A stretch of 46,484 bases of DNA, taken from Candidatus Eiseniibacteriota bacterium (GTDB taxonomy: Bacteria; Eisenbacteria; RBG-16-71-46; DASYSL01). The notes under the pieces were generated by a model, which was given only the letters and a program-made list of their open reading frames with translations, made no database searches and had not been told where the DNA came from. The stretch is taken from the NCBI GenBank assembly GCA_046598045.1, contig JBKJJJ010000126.1, positions 1-46,484 of the forward strand, given 5' to 3'. Position 1 is the first letter of the stretch. The number at the start of each line of letters is the position of its first letter. This document shows positions 17,666 through 25,493 of this stretch, in pieces. The translations under genes and the position numbers were made by a program.

Positions 17666-18343
17666 ATGCGCAAGCAGTGGTTGTTGTTGTTGTTCGGTCT
17701 GGCACTCGGCACGTCCGCGGGGGCGGGCGAGGCGGACTCCACCGCCGCCCCCGGGGCCGCGTCCGTGCTCGCGCGACCCCGCGTCGCCGCGCCGACCTGA
17801 AGCGGCTGACCCGGTGAAGGGGCGCCGCTCCGGGGGAGCGGCTTGCGAACCACCTGGGCGGTCTCGCTGCGTTACGTGGACACCGAATTGGAGCGTCCGC
17901 GGTGGCGCACGACCGTGAACTATCGAGTGCTGCCGAGCCTGCAGGTCGGGGCCGAGTACAACTTCGCTGCCCGCGAGCTGAACCCGATCGCCACCTGGTT
18001 CTTCCTCACGGAACGCGGGCCGAGGCCGGCCGCGTTCCTGGGCACGAGCTCGGATCGCATCGGATCGCCGGCCCACACGCGGGCCACGTTCCTGACGGTG
18101 GCGAAAAACCTCGATCCGATCCCGGTCTCGGCGTATGCGAGCTTGAACTATTCGGAGTGGGACGCCGGTTTCAACGTGCCGTTCGGTGCGAACATCGAGA
18201 TCGTCCCGGGCCTGACCGTGCAGCCCATGTACGACGGTCATCGCAGCCACCTGCTCGGCACGTTTGCCGTCGAGCGCTATAGCATCACGCTGATCCACGC
18301 CTGGCTCGAACGAGTTGGGATTGCGGTATCCGCCGGATTTTGA
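17666..18343 (+). CDS. Putative selenoprotein with UxxU motif; exported beta-barrel-like protein (225 aa)
   Basis: ATG at 17666 with GGAGG RBS encodes the signal peptide MRKQWLLLLFGLALGTSAGA. In-frame TGA codons at 17798 and 17807 (T-U-S-G-U-P) are continuous with ORF 17843..18343, which ends in amphipathic strands and a terminal Phe. A hairpin follows the TGA codons. Confidence 0.75.
17824..17842 (+). promoter_or_regulatory. Candidate bacterial SECIS element
   Basis: GCCGCTCC-GGG-GGAGCGGC stem with a G-rich apical loop, starting 14 nt after the second UGA. Confidence 0.55.
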
Positions 18344-18362
18344 CCCCCAGGGGAGGTCCTTG

Positions 18363-19061
18363 ATGAAGATATTCGTCGCAGGGAGAAGTCGCGGACTCGC
18401 CGCCTGGGCGCTGGCCGCGGCGCTCACGCTCGGCCCACCCGCTGCGCGCGCCGCCGAGAAGGCGCCGTGCGCCGTCTGCGCGGTGACCGAAGGCGCCCGC
18501 ACACCGGAGCAGGTGCGGGCCTGGCGCACGCACGCAGGCGTGCGCTACGCGCTGTGCTCGGACAAGTGTGCGCGCGCATTCGATGCCGAGCCCGCGGCGT
18601 ACGTTTCGCCGACCTTCCCCCGGCCGGCGCCCGAACTCGGGATGACGGACCTGGCGGGGGAAACCCTGGACTGGGAGCGCCTTCGGGGGCACGTCGTCCT
18701 GGTGGACTTCTGGGCGACGTGGTGCGCGCCCTGCCGCAAGTCCATGCCCGAGCTGCAGGCGCTGCAGGAGCTCCATGCGGACCGCGGGTTCCGCGTGATC
18801 GGCCTCGCCATCGACGAGCCTCAGGCCGCGCGCAAAGTGCGCGACTTCATCGCCGCGAAGAAGATCGCGTATCCGATCGGACTCGACACCGGTGGGAATC
18901 CCGCGTGGCGACGCTTCGGCGTGAGGGCGGTGCCGGCGGCATTCCTGGTGGACTCCGAGGGCCAGATCGTCGCCCAGTGGACCGGGGCGCCGGTCGCGCT
19001 CAAGGAACTCGAGAAGAAACTCTCCGGGCTGCTTCCGCCGCCGGCGCCAGCGCGCCCATGA
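18363..19061 (+). CDS. Exported YHS/TRASH domain + TlpA-type thioredoxin fusion
   Basis: Signal peptide; CAVC..GVRYALCSDKCARAFDAEP (YHS/TRASH); LVDFWATWCAPCRKSMPEL and FGVRAVP (TlpA/ResA). Confidence 0.9.
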   Translation: MKIFVAGRSRGLAAWALAAALTLGPPAARAAEKAPCAVCAVTEGARTPEQVRAWRTHAGVRYALCSDKCARAFDAEPAAYVSPTFPRPAPELGMTDLAGETLDWERLRGHVVLVDFWATWCAPCRKSMPELQALQELHADRGFRVIGLAIDEPQAARKVRDFIAAKKIAYPIGLDTGGNPAWRRFGVRAVPAAFLVDSEGQIVAQWTGAPVALKELEKKLSGLLPPPAPARP

Positions 19062-20589
19062 TCTGCGCGGCGAGCCACTCGGCCTCGCGCTTGTGCCGGA
19101 TCCCGCTGCCCGCAGTGAGCGTGCGCCCGTCCGCGCGCACGAGCTTGAGGTCGTAGTACGCGGTCGTGTTCGCGGTCATGCCGATCGCGACGCGCACGTC
19201 CGCGATCTGCGCCCCCGGGATCCAGCGCTCGGGGCCGGGCTGGCCGATTCCGCTCGCGAGCCGGACGCCGTCGGCGTGGACCCGCACGCGCGCGACCTCG
19301 CACCACAGGCTGAGCGCGATCCAGCCGATCAATAGATCGAACAGCCCGAACACGATCGGAAACAGGATCGGCGCGTGCGCCCACACCAGGAACGCGATCG
19401 CGCCACTCCACCCCGCGCCGAACAAGCTCAAGCCGAACGCGATCCCCGGATTGCGCCCCGCCGGCAGGTCGATCACGACGCCCTCCCCGTCGTACGCGAC
19501 CGTGATCGCCGAGCAGGGCTCGGGGCGCGGCGTGTCGATCAGCATGGATGCCTCGGGGACGGCGTACGAGGTCGGGATCGGGTCGCCGTGCTGCACCATG
19601 CCGCCGGGCGGGATCCCGCCCACCGCGCGCAGGTGCGAGGCGGCCCTCGCGGTCTCGGACCGGTCGCTCTCGTCGGTGCGGTAGACGGGCACCTCGAACA
19701 CGGCGCGGTAGTCGACACCGGGCGCGTCGGCCGTGACCTCGAGCCGCCATGCCACCTCGTCGTCGGCCGTGCTGTGGTCGGTGCTGGGCGCATCGGACGG
19801 GATCCGGATCGCGACCGGCGCGACCACGCGCACGCCGCCCTCCTCGCTCACGAGCCGGCCCTCGGCGTGCGCCTCCTCCTGCCACAGCACGCGGGTCGAG
19901 GTGTCGTTGTCCGGGCCGCCGCGCGTCGTGCGCAGCGCCGAGAGCGTGAACGCGAAGCCGCCCTCGGGTGGCGCCTCGAACCTTGTGCGCACCGTGCCCG
20001 AGAGCGTGCGTCCCACCGGGACCGGCACGGCGTCGAGCACGAGCCGCGACACACCGAAGCGCCGCACGCGCAGCGCGGCGCGGACCGCCCACGCGGCGAG
20101 GCCGAGGCCGAACGCCGGGAACAGGAGCGCGACCACCGCGTAAGGCTGCCCCTCGTTCACGCCCCTGCCGAACACGAGCACGCCCGCCGGGAACGCAACC
20201 AGGTTCCACAGGATCGCGAAGGTGGTGATCCCGAGCAGGTCGTTCTTCGAGCCGTCGGTCACGTGGCCCTGGGCCCAGTCGGGCCGCCACTTCCATGGTT
20301 CGTCGGGGTACTCCCACGCCGACTTCGCCTCGAGCGCGATCCTGTGCCGCCCGAACACGGCGCCCGCCATCAGCCCGCATCCCACGAAGACGAACGCGAG
20401 CCCGCCCGCGCACAGCGCGAACACACCCCGGAGATCGCCCACCGCCCAGCGCGCGGGGACCAGGGACAGCGCGAACACGCCTCCCGCTGCGAACGGCAGC
20501 CCGAAGAGCACGAGGAACGCCAACGCGCCGAGCGTCTCGCGCCCGGTATAGGGCCGCGCGCCGTACCGGCCGGGCGTGCCCTCGGTCAT
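19000..20589 (-). CDS. Membrane protein of unknown function (DUF3592-like)
   Basis: Several TM pairs (LFGLPFAAGG, FAILWN, LLFPAFGLGL) and the motif YPDEPWKWRPDWA. Start is 20589 or 20643. Confidence 0.7.
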   Translation of the reverse strand: MTEGTPGRYGARPYTGRETLGALAFLVLFGLPFAAGGVFALSLVPARWAVGDLRGVFALCAGGLAFVFVGCGLMAGAVFGRHRIALEAKSAWEYPDEPWKWRPDWAQGHVTDGSKNDLLGITTFAILWNLVAFPAGVLVFGRGVNEGQPYAVVALLFPAFGLGLAAWAVRAALRVRRFGVSRLVLDAVPVPVGRTLSGTVRTRFEAPPEGGFAFTLSALRTTRGGPDNDTSTRVLWQEEAHAEGRLVSEEGGVRVVAPVAIRIPSDAPSTDHSTADDEVAWRLEVTADAPGVDYRAVFEVPVYRTDESDRSETARAASHLRAVGGIPPGGMVQHGDPIPTSYAVPEASMLIDTPRPEPCSAITVAYDGEGVVIDLPAGRNPGIAFGLSLFGAGWSGAIAFLVWAHAPILFPIVFGLFDLLIGWIALSLWCEVARVRVHADGVRLASGIGQPGPERWIPGAQIADVRVAIGMTANTTAYYDLKLVRADGRTLTAGSGIRHKREAEWLAAQIMGALAPAAEAARRVSSRVP

Positions 20590-20778
20590 CGGGCGCGGGG
20601 CGGAGCGGGGACTCGAATTGCCCTCTAGAATCGTGAACGCCATCTCGAGGCTCCGGGAAAGGGTCCGGCCCCTGTTATCGGCGGGTTTTCGGGGCGGCTT
20701 GACCCTTAGGGGCGGGGCGGTTGGGGGCTTTCCGAACACGGGTGAAACTCCCGCGGGCCCTCGCGCGTAGAGCGGTTC

Positions 20779-21447
20779 ATGAAAATGACCCGATCGCCAA
20801 TCCGGTCAGAGCAGCCCGGGCCCGCGGCCGTGCGCGACCGCATCCTCGACGCCGCCGACCGCGCGCTCGCCGGGACCGGCTACCGGCACATGCGGATCGA
20901 GGACCTCGCCCGGGCCGCCGGGATCGCCAAGGGCACGGTCTACCTGTCGTTCCCGAGCAAGCAGGAGATCGCACTCGCCTGCATCGACCGCATGGCGGAG
21001 CGGGTGCTCGCCGAGATGCGCTCGCTCGCGGCGGCGCCCGGCCCGGTCGCGGCTCGGCTCGAGCGCATGCTGATCGCGCGCGTGCTGGTGCGCTTCGACT
21101 ACGCGCGCGAGCACTCGGCGAGCGTGGACGAGATCCTGCGCGCGATCCGGCCCGCGCTGCTCGCGCGCCGCGCCGCGCATTTTCGCGCGGAGAGCCGTGT
21201 GCTCGCCGGCGTGTTGCGCGAAGCACGCGCCCAGTCCGAGCTCGCCGCGCGCGAAACCGCGCACGCCATGATCCTCGCCACCAATGCCCTGTTGCCGTAC
21301 AGCCTGGGAGTCCGCGAAATGGGCCGCCGCGCGGAGATCGCGCGGCGCGCCGGACGGATTGCCGGTCTCGTGATCCACGGCGCGCTCGCCCCCGCGGGCG
21401 ACGCGCGCCCCCACCGCCTTCGCCTTCGCCCGAGGAGCAAACCATGA
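20779..21447 (+). CDS. TetR/AcrR family transcriptional regulator
   Basis: RDRILDAA..GY..MRIEDLARAAGIAKGTVYLSFPSKQEI HTH. Confidence 0.93.
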   Translation: MKMTRSPIRSEQPGPAAVRDRILDAADRALAGTGYRHMRIEDLARAAGIAKGTVYLSFPSKQEIALACIDRMAERVLAEMRSLAAAPGPVAARLERMLIARVLVRFDYAREHSASVDEILRAIRPALLARRAAHFRAESRVLAGVLREARAQSELAARETAHAMILATNALLPYSLGVREMGRRAEIARRAGRIAGLVIHGALAPAGDARPHRLRLRPRSKP

Positions 21448-22616
21448 GCCGCCTTGCCCACACGTTCATCGCCGCCGGTCTTCTGCTGGCCGCGTTCGCG
21501 TTCGCCACGCCCGCCTCCGCACAATTCACCCCGCCCCCGCCCGACCAGCCCGACATGACGATCGACGCCGCCACCCGCAGGGCGGTGGTCGACAGCCTCG
21601 CGAGCAACATCGAGGCCCGCTACGTGTTCCCGGAGGTCGGCAGGCAGGTCGCGAAGACGCTGCGCGAGCGCGTGCGCAAGGGCCGCTACGAGTCGGTCAC
21701 GGGTGCGATCGCGTTCAGCGACACGCTGCGCTCGGAGTTGCGCGAGCTGGCGCACGACCTGCACCTGCGCGTGCATTACTCGTACCGCGCGCTGCCGGCC
21801 CAGGGCGGGGCCGAGGGCCCGCCGTCCGCCGAGGAGCGCGAGCGCGCGGCGGTCGACGCGCGGCGGCGCAACTGGGGCTTCGAGCGCGTCGAGCGCCTCG
21901 CCGGCAACGTGGGCTACATCGACCTGCGCGGGTTCGAGGGCACCGCCGAGGCGGGGGCGGTCGCGCAGACGGCGATGGAATTCCTGGGGCGGACCGACGC
22001 GCTGATCTTCGACCTGCGCCGCAACGGCGGCGGCGACCCGAACATGATCGTTCTGCTCCTGAGCCACCTCTACGGGGACGACGACCGGGTGCACGTGAAC
22101 GACTTCTTCCACCGCGGGGAGTCGCTGATCGGGCAGTTCTGGACGACGACCACGGTCCCGGGACCGCGCTTCGTCGACCAGCCGGTCTACGTGCTGACCA
22201 GCCGGCGCACCGGATCCGCGGCGGAGGAGTTCTCGTATGACATCAAGAACCTGAAGCGCGGCACGCTCGTCGGTGAGGTCACTGCGGGTGGTGCGAACCC
22301 GGGCGGGTTCGTGCGCCTGAACGAGCACTTCGCCGCGTTCATCGCCGATGGGCGGGCGATCAATCCGGTGTCGAAGACGAACTGGGAGGGCGTCGGCGTC
22401 GAACCCGACGTCAAGGTCCCGGCGGACGACGCGTTCAAGACCGCGCACGTCGCGGCGATCAAGGCGCTGCGCGCGAAGGCCACCGACCCGGAGCGACAGG
22501 CGGCGCTCGATCGCGCACTCGACTTCGCCCAGAACCAGCCGGTGGTACCGCTCAACCTGCCGGGATCGCCGCGGGCGGCCGCTCGCCCTCAGGGCTCCAG
22601 CAGCTCGGTGCGGTAG
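21444..22616 (+). CDS. S41 family peptidase (IRBP-like), exported
   Basis: Signal peptide; GNVGYIDL, LIFDLRRNGGG, TGSAAEEF, GEVTAGGANP, WEGVGVEPDV. ATGA overlap with tetR. Confidence 0.93.
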   Translation: MSRLAHTFIAAGLLLAAFAFATPASAQFTPPPPDQPDMTIDAATRRAVVDSLASNIEARYVFPEVGRQVAKTLRERVRKGRYESVTGAIAFSDTLRSELRELAHDLHLRVHYSYRALPAQGGAEGPPSAEERERAAVDARRRNWGFERVERLAGNVGYIDLRGFEGTAEAGAVAQTAMEFLGRTDALIFDLRRNGGGDPNMIVLLLSHLYGDDDRVHVNDFFHRGESLIGQFWTTTTVPGPRFVDQPVYVLTSRRTGSAAEEFSYDIKNLKRGTLVGEVTAGGANPGGFVRLNEHFAAFIADGRAINPVSKTNWEGVGVEPDVKVPADDAFKTAHVAAIKALRAKATDPERQAALDRALDFAQNQPVVPLNLPGSPRAAARPQGSSSSVR

Positions 22617-24976
22617 CGCTGCCAGACGGGGCGGAGGCGGTCCATGAAGGCGACGAATTCGGGCGATGTCCGGACCGGGTCGAGCCACTCGTCCCGTTCG
22701 AACACCGGGTAGCACGGGAATCCCCACCGCACCGTCTGCTCGAGCCAGCCGACCGCCGCGCGGGGGTTTCCGCAACGGCCGTAAAGCTGGGCGAGCTCGT
22801 AGGTGAGGTGGTGGTACGCCCGGTCGCGCACGAGCCGGGGCGCGAACGCGCGGGCGAGCGAATCGGCCTCCCGGCAGCGCCCTTGCATCGCCCGGGCGGC
22901 CCCGAGATCGATCATGGCAAACGCGTCTTCCGGATGCGCGCGGGCGAATTGTTCGATGTAGCGAACCGCGTGGGCAACGTCGCCGGTGGCGAACCAGTAG
23001 CGCACGTCCGGGGCCTCGCCGAGAAGGTCCTTCTGCAACTTCCGCCCGAGCTCCGGACGGTCGAGAAGGTAGGCATCGTTGACATAGTTGGTCCGGACCC
23101 GCTGGTTCATCGGATCCTGCGCGAGCGCCCCTTCGGCGGCCCGACGCCATTCCTCCTCCACTCCGAGGTGCATCGCAAGGTCGGCGCGCTCGTTGGCACC
23201 CAGGCGGGGATCGAGCGTGCGCGCGCGGCGGATCGCGGCGATCGCCTCATCGATGCGCCACCCCATGTAGCGGCTGAACAGCATCTGCGAGCGCACGAGC
23301 GGGACGAGCCCGAGGCCGGGGTCAATGCGCTCGGCCGCGTCGAGCTCGCGCTCGGCGTGTGCAATCAGGGTCGAGTCCGTATCGATGAACAGGGCGGTCC
23401 AGACGAAGGCGTAGGCCAGTTGGGCGTGGGCGAGCGCGTATTGGGGATCGAGCCGGACAGCCTCCTGGAACAACCGGATCGCCTGGTCGGAGTTTCCCCG
23501 CTGGTCGGGCGAGTAGCCGCGCTCGGAAAAGTAGTACAGCCCCTTCGCGTAGGCATCGTAGGCGTTCGGGTTCTTCGTGCCGCCGTGAGCCGGGAGAGGT
23601 GCCGCGCGGTTCGCGAGCCGCGTGCGCAATCGCTCGGCGAGCTGGTCGGAGATCGTGTCCTGGATCGCGAAGATGTCCCCGCTATTGGCTTCGAAGCGGT
23701 CGCTCCAGAGCGAGGCGCCGTCGGAGCGCCGCAGCAGATTCCCCGTGACGCGCAGCCGGCCCCCCTCCCTTTGCCACGTGCCTTCCAGGATCGCGTCGAC
23801 CCCCAGCTCCCTGGCGGCCTGGGCGGCGCTCGCCTCGACCGTGGCGTAGCGGCGGACCGCGCTGGTCGGCCGCACGACCAGGCCCGTGTCCTGGCTCACG
23901 CGCGAGATGATCGCGTCGGCGATGCCGAGGCCCAGGTAGTTCTCCTCGGTTCCGGCGGAGAGCGGGTGGAACGGCAGGACGGCGAGCGTTCGGACAGCGC
24001 CGCGACCCCGCCACGGAGAGAGCGAAGTCACCGCGGCGATGACGGCGGCAAGGGCGAGCGCGCTCACGATCCAGACCGCTCGCCCCGGGCCTCGCCGCCG
24101 CGTTCCCGCCGGCACGTGTATCCCCGCGGTCGTGCCGCGGCGCAGGCGCTCAAGGTCGACAACGACTTCGCGCATGGATCCGTATCGCAGGGCGCGGTCT
24201 TTCTCGAGGCACTTGTGGACGATTCGCGCGAGTTCCCCTCCGACTCGCGGCGCCGCCGTCGCCAGCGGAAGCGGCTCGCGCAGGAGCACGGCCGCGATCG
24301 AATCGGCGGAGCTCTCCCCCTCGAAGGGATCGATGCCGGTCAACATGCGGTAGAGCAGGGCGCCGAAGCTGAAGACGTCGGTGCGCACATCGATGGGCTC
24401 ACCGCGCGCCTGCTCAGGGGACATCGCCGATGGCGTGCCGCTGACCACGCCCGGCGCGGTGCGCGTGGCCACCGTCCCCTCCGGGCGATCCGCGGGGTCG
24501 GAGAGCCGGGCGACACCGAAGTCCAGGACGAGCGCACGGCCCTCGGGGGAGATCATGACGTTGCGCGGCTTCAGGTCCCGATGGATCACGCCCTGCTCGT
24601 GCGCGTGCGCCACGGCCTGCGCAATCTGGAGCGCGATCGGGATCGCCTGCTCTTCAGGGAGGGATCCGGCCGCCAGCCGCTCCTCGAGCGTCACACCAGG
24701 GACGCGCGGCATCGCGATGAAAACGCGACCTTCGTGCTCGCCCACCTCGTGAACTCCGCAAACGTTCGGATGTTCGACGCGTGCGGCGAGGCGGGCCTCC
24801 TCGAGAAGCCTTCTTCGGGCGACGGGATCGGCCGTGAGCGTGGCGGGCAGGAGCTTGAGCGCGACCTCGCGCTTGAGCCGCGTGTCGTACGCGAGGTAGA
24901 CCTCTCCCATCCCGCCCCGGCCGAGCCGGCGGCGGATCTCGTACGGGCCGAAGGGGGTTCCGTCAGGAAGGGTCAT
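22589..24976 (-). CDS. Hanks-type Ser/Thr protein kinase with TM, TolB-N-like and TPR domains
   Basis: LGRGGMGEVY, VALK, HRDLKPRN, DFG, GTPSAMSPEQ, DVFSFG; then TM helix, LAVLPF domain and TPR repeats. Confidence 0.95.
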   Translation of the reverse strand: MTLPDGTPFGPYEIRRRLGRGGMGEVYLAYDTRLKREVALKLLPATLTADPVARRRLLEEARLAARVEHPNVCGVHEVGEHEGRVFIAMPRVPGVTLEERLAAGSLPEEQAIPIALQIAQAVAHAHEQGVIHRDLKPRNVMISPEGRALVLDFGVARLSDPADRPEGTVATRTAPGVVSGTPSAMSPEQARGEPIDVRTDVFSFGALLYRMLTGIDPFEGESSADSIAAVLLREPLPLATAAPRVGGELARIVHKCLEKDRALRYGSMREVVVDLERLRRGTTAGIHVPAGTRRRGPGRAVWIVSALALAAVIAAVTSLSPWRGRGAVRTLAVLPFHPLSAGTEENYLGLGIADAIISRVSQDTGLVVRPTSAVRRYATVEASAAQAARELGVDAILEGTWQREGGRLRVTGNLLRRSDGASLWSDRFEANSGDIFAIQDTISDQLAERLRTRLANRAAPLPAHGGTKNPNAYDAYAKGLYYFSERGYSPDQRGNSDQAIRLFQEAVRLDPQYALAHAQLAYAFVWTALFIDTDSTLIAHAERELDAAERIDPGLGLVPLVRSQMLFSRYMGWRIDEAIAAIRRARTLDPRLGANERADLAMHLGVEEEWRRAAEGALAQDPMNQRVRTNYVNDAYLLDRPELGRKLQKDLLGEAPDVRYWFATGDVAHAVRYIEQFARAHPEDAFAMIDLGAARAMQGRCREADSLARAFAPRLVRDRAYHHLTYELAQLYGRCGNPRAAVGWLEQTVRWGFPCYPVFERDEWLDPVRTSPEFVAFMDRLRPVWQRYRTELLEP

Positions 24977-25246
24977 GAGCGTTGCGGCATCTTAGCATCA
25001 CAGGCACAAGACTCATCCACGCTCGGGGGACTGGTCAGTCTCCGAGCCGCGTAAGACGTTGGGACGACGTGGTGGTCGTGCGGGTAATGGTCCGGGTCTC
25101 GTCCGGCGAGGGCCCGAGCGGGGAGCCGGGAGCGGCGATCCCCGCCCGCTCCGAGGCGCACCACGTGGCGCCCCAGGGCCCGACCCCTATTGACCCGCAA
25201 GGCGGAAGCTCGGCCCCTCTCCGGAGCCGAACTCTTTCGTTCAGCG

Positions 25247-25343
25247 GTCCCCTCGCTTCGGGCCAGGAGAGTCCAACTCCAGCTTTTCTCAGGGGGAAGC
25301 ATTCGGTGCGAATCACGCGGGTTCGAATCCCGCGGGGATGCCA
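25247..25343 (+). tRNA. Non-canonical or degenerate tRNA-like element
   Basis: Perfect T arm GCGGG-TTCGAAT-CCCGC; 3' end GGGGAT-G-CCA pairs with 5' GTCCCC; further hairpins lie in between. Arm lengths are not canonical, so identity is unresolved. Confidence 0.45.
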
Positions 25344-25378
25344 GCAATTCGAAGATGCGCTCGCGCCCGCCAGGAACA

Positions 25379-25410
25379 CCGAAGGCGCCTCGAATACGAG
25401 GCGCCTTCGG
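25379..25410. terminator. Perfect 14-bp hairpin, possible bidirectional terminator
   Basis: CCGAAGGCGCCTCG-AATA-CGAGGCGCCTTCGG between the tRNA-like element and the convergent S8 gene. Confidence 0.6.
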
Positions 25411-25493
25411 GTTCTTCGAGCTTCGGGCTCTGCTCGATTCAGAACAGCCTCTCGGCTGTGCTCAGGAGCCCGATTACAACTGGACGCCCTCCC

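Noticed and set aside
24977..25240. Short ORFs between the kinase and the tRNA-like element (His-rich PDHYPHDHH)
   Set aside because: No RBS, no recognisable domain and conflicting overlapping frames; possibly a gene remnant but unsupported.
25247..25343. tRNA-Sec (selC), suggested by the ~97-nt length and the nearby selenoprotein
   Set aside because: No TCA anticodon centred in a 7-nt loop and no extended acceptor stem.
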